DNA of 64,000 nt from positions 480,001 through 544,000 of the forward strand of contig CAWIIQ010000003.1 of assembly GCA_963836185.1 (NCBI GenBank), read 5' to 3'. A program made the position numbers and the translations under genes. Position 1 is the stretch's first letter, and each line of letters opens with the position of its first letter. Of the stretch, positions 10,247 through 20,196 are shown in pieces. The notes below the pieces were generated by a model, which did not search any database, was not told the DNA's origin, and was given only the letters and a program-made list of their open reading frames with translations. This DNA comes from Candidatus Krumholzibacteriia bacterium. Its GTDB lineage: Bacteria; Krumholzibacteriota; Krumholzibacteriia; Krumholzibacteriales; Krumholzibacteriaceae.

Positions 10247-12637
10247 TTACGGATGTACGAATATATTTGACGAGGGGCCGATCGGTCCGGAAGGCGCCTG
10301 CACTGTTCCACCGCCATCCCATCCGCCGGGTCCGCCTGTTCCCCCGCTGCCAGTCGACCAGGTATTATTTATTAGTACAGGAGCGATCCCTCCATAGATG
10401 TACACTCCTACGCTCGGGCCGCCGGGGCCTCCCTGACCGCCGCCGCCGTGTCCTCCGCTGCCTCCATGTCCTCCGTTGCCTCCGGCACCGGCACTTCCGC
10501 TGCCGTCTATTAAGCCGGCGCCGCCAGCCCCGCCAGCGCCGCCCGACCCGCCCGTTCCGCCGTCGCTTCCCCGCCATCCGTTTCCGCCGTTGCCGGCCTG
10601 CACATAGCAGGAATCGATGAAAGAGTTACTCGAGATGCTGAGGACCGCAATCGAAGCGCCGCCGGGATATCCGCCTACTCCGCCAGCTCCGCCGCCGCCG
10701 CCGCCGCCACCACCACCGCCTCCGGCACCATTGATGTAGCAGGTGGAATAGTCGAAAAGGGCACCTCCGCCGCCACCGCCGCTGCCGCCCTGTCCGGCCG
10801 TGCCGCTGGTTCCTGACGAGCTGCTTTCTCCTGCCCAGGCGGTTCCGGCAATGGTACCGTAACTTGCCCCTATAGGCGAGTCGGTCGATCCATCGCCTCC
10901 AATCGATCCATTTCCGCCGAGTCCACCGTCATCCGCATCGTATGAGCAGTTCGTCGCGCTAGCGCCGCCGGTTCCTCCATACGGACCCGCGCCTGTTTCG
11001 CCGTCAAGCAATATCATTTGTGCGAAGCTGTCAAAAAATCCTCCGTCTCCGCCATTATATCCCGGAGCTTCTCCAGCGCCTCCATAACCTCCGACACAAT
11101 ACCAGAGACACCCCGATTCATTCGGGTCGCATGCGTCCTGTCCTTCTCCGCCCGTATCTCCTGCGATCCCGTTCTCACCATCCGGGGGGGTTGAGAGAGC
11201 CGCTGTAGCGTTGCCTGCTATGATGCGGCAGTCCTGGAATATGAGCGTCGAGTCGCACGAGATGAGCTTCAGCGCGATAGAGCTGCTGCCGCTTCCCTGA
11301 GCCGTCTCCGCTTCTATCTCGAGGCCTCTTATCGTCGCATTCGTGACGTTATCCGCCACAGCGACATGCTCGTAATATGACTGGAGCCAGACCTGGGAAT
11401 AGCTTCCTGGATCTCTCGTCCAACCCGTCTCCCTGTCATATCCGCCCCAGACGGATACATTGCTCTTGAACTGTATATCTTCCCAGTAAGAGCCCTTGTG
11501 GACTATTACCGGGACGCCGATGGGTTCGGCGATATCGATCCCGTGCTGGATCGTCCTGACCGGCTGGGAGGGTGTGCCGGGGCTCGAGTCGTCCCCTTCC
11601 TCGCCCCAGACGTATATCCCGCCGCGGACATGATATTCGAGCACCGCGAGCCCAATCGCGCCGTCGTCGTCGGTGACGCGGACCTTGGCGCGGTAACTCC
11701 CCGTGTCGGGCGCCGCGAAGCTTGCAGCCCAGGCGGATGGGTTGGCATAGTCGAAGGTGCCGTCATCCTCGAAGTCCCATTCGACGAGAACGATGGAACC
11801 GTCAGGGTCGTCGCCGGCCGCATTGAACTGGACCGGCTCGTATATATTGGGGGAGGGGAGAGCTGGAAACGGAAGTATCTCGACGACTGGCGCCATGTTC
11901 GACTCGCGGGGGAGTTCCATGCTGGCAAGCCCGGTGGAGTCGCCCGCGAATGAAAGCGTGCCTGCCGTGTTCCGGTCGAGCCATCCGGTATGTGTCGCCT
12001 GGATCGTATGATCACCGATCGGCACGCCCCTGAGCTCGTAGTCTCCGACTGCGTCGGTAACGGCGACGTTGGAGCTTCCGGTGACATAGACGACCGTGCT
12101 CGAGTGGTCCGTAGCGTTCTGAAGTGTCGCGTTGCCCGTGAAGGTGCCTGTGGGCAGGAGGGCGATATCTACGAGTGTAGTATCGGCCGTCGCTGCTGCC
12201 GTCTTTGATATCTCGGCATACCCTGAGCCCGCGAGGTGGTCCTTCGCATTCGATTCGAGCAGGTATATTCCTTCTTCGAGCCTGTCGAAGGCGTACCTGC
12301 CCTCTGTGTCGCTGATCGTCACCCGGATGCCGGAGAGGGTCGGGAAGGTGGTCGCGGGGCCTACCCCGGATTTTCCCAGCTCGTCCTTCGCGATGTTCTC
12401 TATCATCGCGGCGACGCTCAGGGTGACTCCGTCGATGACAGGTTCGAGCCGTACCGTGGCGTTAGCTACGCCTGCGTCGCCGTCGTGGACAGTCCCTGTC
12501 AGGACGCCGCCGATGGGCGAGGAAGGGATCGGGTCAAAGGTCGTTTCATCGTCGCCGCAGTTCGTCATAAGCAGCATGGCGAGAAGCGCGCATACGACCA
12601 CCAGGGATCTTTTCCTGTAATGGAAGCAATCGTTCAT
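10247..12637 (-). CDS. Large lipoprotein: carboxypeptidase-regulatory, PKD and DUF1565/beta-helix domains, Gly-rich (PGRS-like) C-terminus
   Basis: Lipobox MTNC; WDFEDDG...VTDDDGA (PKD); GDDSSPGTPSQPVRTIQHGI; long GGxGGxGG tracts. Confidence 0.8.
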   Translation of the reverse strand: MNDCFHYRKRSLVVVCALLAMLLMTNCGDDETTFDPIPSSPIGGVLTGTVHDGDAGVANATVRLEPVIDGVTLSVAAMIENIAKDELGKSGVGPATTFPTLSGIRVTISDTEGRYAFDRLEEGIYLLESNAKDHLAGSGYAEISKTAAATADTTLVDIALLPTGTFTGNATLQNATDHSSTVVYVTGSSNVAVTDAVGDYELRGVPIGDHTIQATHTGWLDRNTAGTLSFAGDSTGLASMELPRESNMAPVVEILPFPALPSPNIYEPVQFNAAGDDPDGSIVLVEWDFEDDGTFDYANPSAWAASFAAPDTGSYRAKVRVTDDDGAIGLAVLEYHVRGGIYVWGEEGDDSSPGTPSQPVRTIQHGIDIAEPIGVPVIVHKGSYWEDIQFKSNVSVWGGYDRETGWTRDPGSYSQVWLQSYYEHVAVADNVTNATIRGLEIEAETAQGSGSSSIALKLISCDSTLIFQDCRIIAGNATAALSTPPDGENGIAGDTGGEGQDACDPNESGCLWYCVGGYGGAGEAPGYNGGDGGFFDSFAQMILLDGETGAGPYGGTGGASATNCSYDADDGGLGGNGSIGGDGSTDSPIGASYGTIAGTAWAGESSSSGTSGTAGQGGSGGGGGGALFDYSTCYINGAGGGGGGGGGGGGAGGVGGYPGGASIAVLSISSNSFIDSCYVQAGNGGNGWRGSDGGTGGSGGAGGAGGAGLIDGSGSAGAGGNGGHGGSGGHGGGGQGGPGGPSVGVYIYGGIAPVLINNTWSTGSGGTGGPGGWDGGGTVQAPSGPIGPSSNIFVHP

Positions 12638-12709
12638 GAGGTTTCTCCCGAGCCGTCTGGTTGTTGAAAATATTATTGTTTCGTAGATGGATTTACCGCT
12701 TTTCTACTC

Positions 12710-12722
12710 TGATATTATATCA
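12710..12722. promoter_or_regulatory. Perfect palindrome in the divergent promoter region, candidate operator
   Basis: TGATAT-T-ATATCA; a second palindrome ATGTA-N5-TACAT lies at 12994-13008. Confidence 0.35.
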
Positions 12723-13120
12723 CAAAGGAATTAATGGGGGGGATAATTTCCGAACAGATTTTGGTATATGCCGCGCGGACCATGGCTTTCTTGCACTGCT
12801 CAGGCGACAGCAGATATTTCGCTCTGTTACCCTGACGTTCCGCCCGCCTCGATTTCAGCGCGACCTTGTACGGGTAACGGCCGAGCAGGTAGAAGGCCAT
12901 CACAGATCGGATGTGGGGCAGATTCCCGATACCTCGGCCATTTCTTTCCCCCGCATGAACATGCGGGGTTCCGCTCGCTATTTGCCCGGAAACATGTAAA
13001 CACTACATATTCGTGCGGCTTATATAACCCTCCGGTTTCTTTTAAAATCAGTCAGGAATTTGGGTAAGACTCTGGTGTCAGTAAGGGACCCTGAACAACG
13101 GGAGTACCGGGAGGTTTTTT

Positions 13121-16100
13121 ATGAAGTCGAGGTTTTTGCTTATTCTGGCGGCAGTCGTGCTTCTCAGCGTGTGGACAGTCGGCTGCAGTGATGACGGTCC
13201 GGCTGAGCCGGAGCCGACTCAGCCCACGACGGGAACCGTCGTTGTAAATCCAGCTCCTGACACTCTTGACTGTACATGGCAGTTGACCGGGCCATCGAGC
13301 TACGATCATAACGGCACCGGCGGTGAGACCCTGACAAGCCTTACGCCCGGTGACTATACTCTGACGTGGGGCGCTGTATCGGGGTGGAACACGCCCGATC
13401 CGGTCAGCCCGACACTGGCCCTGGCGGCCGGCAAGACAACAACATTCAACGGTACATACACGGCGGCAGTGACAGAAGCAGTCGGTACACCGGGCGCGCC
13501 GACAGGACCAGCGACCGGTGTTGAGAACCAGGACCTGTCATACTCAGCTTCCGGAGCGGTCAGTAATCTTGGCCATACCGTGGAATACAGGTTTGACTGG
13601 GGTGACGGAAGCTTCTCCGACTGGGGAACGACGGCCGTTCAGCATTCCTGGGCGACGGCGGAAACATACGATGTAAAGGCTCAGGCACGCTGTATCGATC
13701 ATCCAACATTCGTGTCCGAGTGGTCCGCCGCGACCACGGTCACGATTTCAGTATACGTAGCGGAGACAGTCAGCGCTCCCGTAACGCCGACCGGTTCGGC
13801 GACCAACCAGGTCGGCCAGACCTCTGCCTACAGCAGCTCTGGCGCAGTGAGCAGCTACGACGATGATCTGCAGTACAGGTTCGACTGGGGAGACGGATCA
13901 TTCTCGGGCTGGTCGGTCTCGACTTCGGCGTCACATTCATGGTCCGCTGAGGGCCCTTTCGATGTCAGGGCGCAGGCTCGCTGTGCCGATCATGTGGCGG
14001 TGGAATCCGGCTGGTCCCCTGTGCTGACGGTGACGATCACATCCGCGCCGGAAGAGGCGGTGTCTGAACCTGGCGCCCCTGCCGGCCCTGTCTCTGGCGA
14101 GACCGGTGATAATCTGATGTATACGGCAAGCGGTGCTGCAAGCAGCTTCGGCGATCTTGTGGAATATCGCTTTGATTTTGATGACGGCACCATTTCGCCG
14201 TGGTTGGGCGCAGCGACCAGTCGTTCACATGTCTGGTCGACCGCCGGTTCATATTATGTGATAGTTCAGGCCCGCTGCAGGACCCATCCCGCGATCGAAT
14301 CCGACTGGTCGGCAGCGACGACAGTAGTTATATCTGATCCGGCCGAGATCATTGCCAGCCCTCCCGGAGCGATCAATGGAGTCGCCGCCGGCATTATCAA
14401 CGATCCTTACGATTATGTCGTTTATCACAGCACACAGACGAATCTCGGCCACGCGGTCGAGGGCCGGTTCGACTGGGGTGACGGACGTATTCGGACTGGA
14501 TAGCGACGGCTCCGTACGAGGCGACACACACGTGGCCAACCGAAGGTACCTATACCGTGAAATACGAGGCCAGGTGCTCGCTTCATAACGACATTTCCTA
14601 CTCGGCCGATTCACTGGTAGTCACAATGACCACAACTGCTGTCGAGACTATCAGTAAGCCGGGATTCGTGAGCTATTCATATGACTTGAGGAATCCGGAG
14701 ATCAATGTTGAAAGATCGTACTATGCCTCCGGGGGCGCCAGTTCGCTGGGACACGATGTGGAAGTCAGGATTGACTGGGGCGATGGAACTATGAGTGACT
14801 GGGTGCCTAACGCAACCTTTGTCTCCAAGACCTGGACTCATGCGAAGGAACCTTCGAGCTGATAAGGCAGTCCGCTGCATCGACCATCCCGAGGTCGTGT
14901 CCGAGTGGTCAGATCCGACCCTTATTTACCCGAGGGCTCCGGAAACAGTCAGTACTCCTGACGCTCCTCCCGGCCCGACCGTAGGACACAGGTACGATAA
15001 TATGGCTTACACCGGCACCGGCTCGGAAAGCAGCTGGCACGACGGCTACATGGAATATCGTTTCGACTGGGGTGACGGGACAGCGATCACTGAGTGGGCA
15101 ACGGATACCACCCTGGTACATCAGTTCACAGCCTATGGTGAGTACGAAGTCAAGACCCAGGCACGGTGCCGTTACCCGGGCCATGGCGAGACCGAATCCG
15201 AATGGTCGCCGCCCACGACGGTCAACATCGTCGAGAAGGTCACCATATACCAGTTTGCCCCCCGGGGCCCGTATTTCGGAGCCGTTGGTGAGAGCCAGAC
15301 TTATGAGGCGTACGCCGAAGCAAGATCAGACGCGGGGCATACGACCTTTGAATACCAGTTTGACTTTGGCGACGGGACCTTCTCCGACTGGTCATCTTCT
15401 ATGAGCGCCGAACACATATACACAGCGGTCGGTACGTATCATGTCTACTATCGGGCCCGCTGTGCCGTTGATACCGACGCGGTTTCGGAATGGTCAGAAC
15501 AGTATCGCACGCTTGAGATTACCGATGCTCCCGAAGTGGTCAGCACTCCTGACGTACCAGGCACCTCCCCGTCATCGGGAATCATTGTGGGCGAGGAGAT
15601 ACATGTCAGCACCAGCCATTCTTTCAGCAATCATGGGCATCCAGTGGAATTCCAGTTCGATTTTGGCGATGGTACCTTAAGCGACTGGACAGCGGGCACT
15701 CCCTGGTCGAGTTTTTATCAGGTGACGGTGCCTTATACCTACACATCAATCGGTGAGTTTGAGGTCACGGTCAAGGCCAGGTGCGCAACACATCCGGCTG
15801 TTGAATCAGCTGTGTCGGTGATACGGCCTATCACTGTCAACGAGGATATTACTGCGCCTGCAGCACCGACCGGGCCGGCAACCGGTACCGTCGGGGCGAA
15901 CCTCACCTTTTCGACTACAGGCAGTACCAGCAGTGAGGGGCACACACTCGAGTACTCCTTTGAGTATCGGCGCGGTACATATACCGTCGTCCACACCTCT
16001 GACTGGTCGACTTCCCTGTCTGACGACCATGTCTTCACGGAAGCCAGGTCCGATTACAGCGTCAGGGTCTATGCGAGGTGCGTGACTCACACCGGTTCGG

Positions 16101-16144
16101 TATCCCTGCCTTCGGCCCGATTCTATTTCACGATCACGGAATAG
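13121..16144 (+). CDS. About 1000-aa lipoprotein with nine PKD-like repeats, frameshifted around 14490-14850
   Basis: Lipobox TVGC; repeats EYRFDWGDG..S.W...H.W...G.Y.V.(A/V)RC..H...SEWS across ORFs 13121-14503, 14557-14862 and 14795-16144. Confidence 0.82.
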
Positions 16145-16180
16145 AGAGTCGAATCGTTCGAGGATCACGTAGCAGGCAGC

Positions 16181-16216
16181 AAAAGGAAAGGCCGCTCGAG
16201 AGAGCGGCCTTTCTTT
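16181..16216. terminator. Bidirectional intrinsic terminator
   Basis: GAAAGGCCGCTC-GAGA-GAGCGGCCTTTC with flanking A and T tracts, between convergent genes. Confidence 0.85.
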
Positions 16217-16238
16217 ATCGTCGTTATCGTGAATTCCC

Positions 16239-18200
16239 TCAGGCGCCGCCAGCCTCTTTCGATTTCGCTGCCGATTTGTACAGGTACCATCCGAGCAGCC
16301 CGAAGATCGCCGCCGAGACGATCTGGCCGAGCCATTCGGCAGGGTATTCTATCTGCAGGAACTTCGGAGTCTGCGTCATGATCACCGCTATGACCGCGAT
16401 AACCACTCCGAGAAGGCCCTCTCCGGCGATAAGGCCCGAGCTGAGAAGGATGCCGTCATCGTTGCTCTTGCCGGCCCCTTCCTCCTTCTTCTTGTATTTC
16501 TTGTCGATCATGTGCCGGATGACCCCGCCGATAAAGACCGGTGTCATCGTGTTGAGAGGAAGGTAGATGCCGACCGCAAACGGCAGGGGCGGAATCTTGA
16601 AGAGCATGATCACGATGGAGAATGCCGCTCCGACACCTACCAGGTCCCACCTGAGATTTCCGTCGAGCACGCCGTCGAGAACCGTCTTCATCAGCGTAGC
16701 CTGCGGGGCGGGCAGTTCAGCCGACCCGAACCCGTACGCCTTTCCGAGGTAGAAGAGGGCAAGGCAGACGAAGAAGGCCGATCCAATCGCGCCCATGAGC
16801 TCGCTGATCTGCTGTTTTCTCGGGGTGGCGCCGAGGATGTACCCTGTCTTGAGGTCCTGCGAGATGTCCCCCGCGATCGAGGCGGCGATGCAGACAATCG
16901 TACCGATCGTCAGCGCCGTCACCTTGCCTGTCAGGTCGGTCCATCCCAGCAGCTTGAATATCACGCCGACGCCGAGCAGGGTCACTATCGCCATCCCCGA
17001 GGTCGGGTTCGACGAAACACCGATCATTCCCACGATCCTGGATGATACGGTAACGAAGCAGAAGGCGAAGATCGCGATCGCTATCGCGCTGCAGAACCGC
17101 ATGATCATAGTAGTGTCGTGTCCGATGATGCCGGGGATGAAGGTCACGAGCAGCACGACTGCCGAAACGCCGAGAAGAACGTACTTGATCGAGAGGTCCT
17201 GCTCCGTCCGCAGCTTGCCGGCGTTGAGAAGGGCCGCGCTGGAGCGGAGCTCCTTCAATCCTATCTTGAGCGAGCTGATCATCGTCGGAACCGACTTGAT
17301 GACCGTTATGATGCCGGCCGACGCGACGGCGCCGGCGCCGATAATCCTGATGTAGCCGTCCCAGATCTGCCACGGTGAAAGCTGGCCGATCGTCGTGATC
17401 GAAGGGTCGAGGCCCTTCGACTGGAGGTAGAGCAGAGTATTAGGCCATATCTCCATGTCGCCGAACTTCCAGGCTATGACAGGGATGAGCACTACCCACG
17501 AGATCAGGCCGCCTCCTACCATGATCGCGCCGATACGCCGACCGAGGATATATCCGACACCGAGCAGGGCCGGAGTCGTCGAGACCCCTACGACAGCTTT
17601 CTTGATCAGCGGAAGCCTTATCGCGACACTGGACGGCCAGAGGTAGAGAAAAGAGGTAAGGCCGGTGTAGAGGGCGCCGATGCCGAGTCCCTTGAAAACG
17701 CCCTTCGCGGAGGCGCCGCCTCCGCCCGTCGCCGCTATCAGCACCTCGGCGCTGGCTGTTCCCTCCGGATACGGGAGCGTCTTGTGCTCCTTGACTATGA
17801 GGAAGTTCCTCAGGGGAATCATGAAGAGGACACCGAGCGTTCCGCCGCACATCGCGAGCAGTGTTATCTGGAGCAGGGGAGCGTCATATCCCCAGATAAA
17901 CAGCGCCGGTATCGTGAATATCAGTCCCGATGCGAGCGAGGAACTGGCCGAGCCGGTAGTCTGGGAGATGTTACATTCGAGGATCGTCGGCTTGCCGAAG
18001 ATGGGGGTCAGAATCCTCAGGATCGCCACCGAGACGACCGCCAGGGGGATCGCCGTACTTATCGTAAGTCCCACTCTCAGGCCGAGATAGGCATTGGCGC
18101 TTCCGAAGACCGCTCCCAGGATTATGCCCAGGATGACCGTTTTCGGGTTGAAGTCCCTCATCTTCGTGTCGGCGGAAACGTAGGGTACGTGTTCACTCAA
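16239..18200 (-). CDS. OPT-family oligopeptide transporter
   Basis: NAYLGLRVGLT, LPYPEGTA, QDLKTGYILGATP, LPAPQA, SGLIAGE; many TM helices. Confidence 0.93.
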   Translation of the reverse strand: MSEHVPYVSADTKMRDFNPKTVILGIILGAVFGSANAYLGLRVGLTISTAIPLAVVSVAILRILTPIFGKPTILECNISQTTGSASSSLASGLIFTIPALFIWGYDAPLLQITLLAMCGGTLGVLFMIPLRNFLIVKEHKTLPYPEGTASAEVLIAATGGGGASAKGVFKGLGIGALYTGLTSFLYLWPSSVAIRLPLIKKAVVGVSTTPALLGVGYILGRRIGAIMVGGGLISWVVLIPVIAWKFGDMEIWPNTLLYLQSKGLDPSITTIGQLSPWQIWDGYIRIIGAGAVASAGIITVIKSVPTMISSLKIGLKELRSSAALLNAGKLRTEQDLSIKYVLLGVSAVVLLVTFIPGIIGHDTTMIMRFCSAIAIAIFAFCFVTVSSRIVGMIGVSSNPTSGMAIVTLLGVGVIFKLLGWTDLTGKVTALTIGTIVCIAASIAGDISQDLKTGYILGATPRKQQISELMGAIGSAFFVCLALFYLGKAYGFGSAELPAPQATLMKTVLDGVLDGNLRWDLVGVGAAFSIVIMLFKIPPLPFAVGIYLPLNTMTPVFIGGVIRHMIDKKYKKKEEGAGKSNDDGILLSSGLIAGEGLLGVVIAVIAVIMTQTPKFLQIEYPAEWLGQIVSAAIFGLLGWYLYKSAAKSKEAGGA

Positions 18201-18449
18201 TGTCCTCGGTCTCCTTTCGTTCCTTCATCGAACCGGGATATCTGAATATCAGAAGTCGCCGTTTCTGCGACCTGAGGGATGATACCTGAAGAATCAGCCC
18301 GCGACCAGTGCAAATTCCCCGAATTCCGGTATCACTATCTGTGAACTATACCCACAATTCACCCTATCAGGGGGTTTCAATACTCTTCGTTCTTCTGTAT
18401 AGTCAAGCTATTGAACAGGGGCTGATCTTGAATCAATGGGAGCTGACTG

Positions 18450-19389
18450 ATGTTACTGTCAGGAAAACAATCTATACTGCATCTTGCCATTCTTGTCCTG
18501 ATAACAGGATTGTCCGTATCAACCTGTATCAGCACAGGACCTCGAGCCGCGGTCCTTTTCACCGGCTCCGAAGGGATTGAATATCACCGGGGTTAGGGAT
18601 ACACACTGTCCGCAGGGTAATGTCTTCTTCGACAAGGCGCTTGAGATCGAAGATGCCACCGGGACAGTGCACGGCGCGACGGCGCTGTACGCGACGGACA
18701 TTCGGCCTGTTCGGAAAGTCGACCAAGGTCGTTGCCCTGGTCCCGTATGCCTGGGGTGACTGGGAAGGCCTGGTGGATGGGGAACCAGCGAGCACCTCCA
18801 GACGTGGGTTTGAAGATCCCGCAGTGCTGTTCGCAGTCGATCTGGTCGGGATCGCCCGGCGGTCGATCTGAAGGAGTTTGTCGCATATAAGGAAGGGATG
18901 ATCATAGGTGCGAGCTTACTGGCGGTCGTGCCGCTCGGGCAGTACGATCCTGCGAAGCTGATCAATCTCGGTGCCAACCGATGGGTCTTCCGTCCGAGGC
19001 TCGGATTCTCGGGCAGGTTGAGGAAGTGGACACTGGAGGCGATGGTGGACGCCTATTTCTTCACCGAGAATGATGAGGCTTACGGGGGAACAGTCTTCAC
19101 ACCAGGAGCCGCTTTATGCGCTCCAGGCCAACGTGATCTATACATTCAGGAGAGGGATGTGGCTGGCGGTCACTGTTGGGAGTAGCAGATGGAGGGCGGC
19201 CCAGCGTGAACGGTGTCGAAAAGGAAGAGATCGACATGAACACCCGGATGGGCGGTGTTTTCTCCGTTCCGATCACAGGCGATACAGCCTCAAGATGTTC
19301 TACACCAACAGCGTAAGAACGAGCACCGGGAGGGGATTATCGACCTGCTCGGCATCTCAGTTCAGTACAAGTGGGGCGGCGGAATCTGA
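18450..19389 (+). CDS. Outer-membrane 'transporter' (MetA-pathway phenol degradation/CoxB-like beta-barrel), heavily frameshifted
   Basis: Stitched frames give QDLEPRSFSPAPKGLN...PLGQYDPAKLINLGANRW.FRPRLG...QEPLYALQ...VQYKWGGGI*. Confidence 0.7.
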
Positions 19390-19417
19390 TCTTTCCATAT
19401 TGCTGACTATAGAAGAA

Positions 19418-19453
19418 CACCCGGTGGACCGTGGAGTCTCACCGGGTGCCTTT
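19418..19453. terminator. Hairpin between convergent genes
   Basis: CACCCGGTG...CACCGGGTG stem. Confidence 0.55.
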
Positions 19454-19478
19454 ATGATCTGATATTTATCTTTGCGGA

Positions 19479-19970
19479 CTATTCCATCAGCGGGATCTCT
19501 GCGGCCAGCTCGTAGTTCACTATCGCCCCGATCTTGTTCTCGATCTGGATGTATCGTACTACTTTCTTTCCGGGCAGTACCTCGGAAAGCTTGCCGATAT
19601 AATCCTTCTTCATCTTCATCTCGTCAGCGCTTACCATCATCGACTCTTTGAGCAGCTTCATGGCGCCTTCGTCAGTAATCGTATCGGCGTTATAGCCCTC
19701 CGCGTAAGCCATGATTACCTTGACGGTCCTCTCGTGAAGAACCTGAAGGTCCTTCTGGTATGCGTCGTAGATCGGCCAGAAAGCCTCTGACTCGGCGTCG
19801 GTCAGGACGAGGTTTGCTGCGACTACCAGTTTCTTGTCCGCCTGAAGCTTCTCGGCGAGGATCTCCATGTTGGTATCGACGGCGGTCTTCTCCTGCGCAA
19901 TCGCGAGGCCGGGACCGAATGCTGCTATCACGATAAGTGACAGCGTGATCATCATTGTGAATTTCTTCAT
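19479..19970 (-). CDS. Secreted alpha-helical protein (Spy/CpxP-like)
   Basis: Signal peptide from MKKF; motif L.LTDAESEAFWPIYDAYQ. Confidence 0.7.
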   Translation of the reverse strand: MKKFTMMITLSLIVIAAFGPGLAIAQEKTAVDTNMEILAEKLQADKKLVVAANLVLTDAESEAFWPIYDAYQKDLQVLHERTVKVIMAYAEGYNADTITDEGAMKLLKESMMVSADEMKMKKDYIGKLSEVLPGKKVVRYIQIENKIGAIVNYELAAEIPLME

Positions 19971-20196
19971 CTCCTGATCTCCTTTTACCTTTATTCCGCC
20001 GTTTTCCGGCAGATAATGACTTTCCTCTACTGAGGGGTTTACCCGGAACCACTCCTTTCTCAGCTCATGCAGGTATTTCACCCTGTGTTTTTCTGTTAAG
20101 GATTTAGTGCGGGCACCATAATACGGATTAAAAAGGGGCCGTGGAAAGAACTATTTCAACTGACTGCTAACGTCTTGTCCGTGCGCCAGTTATGCC

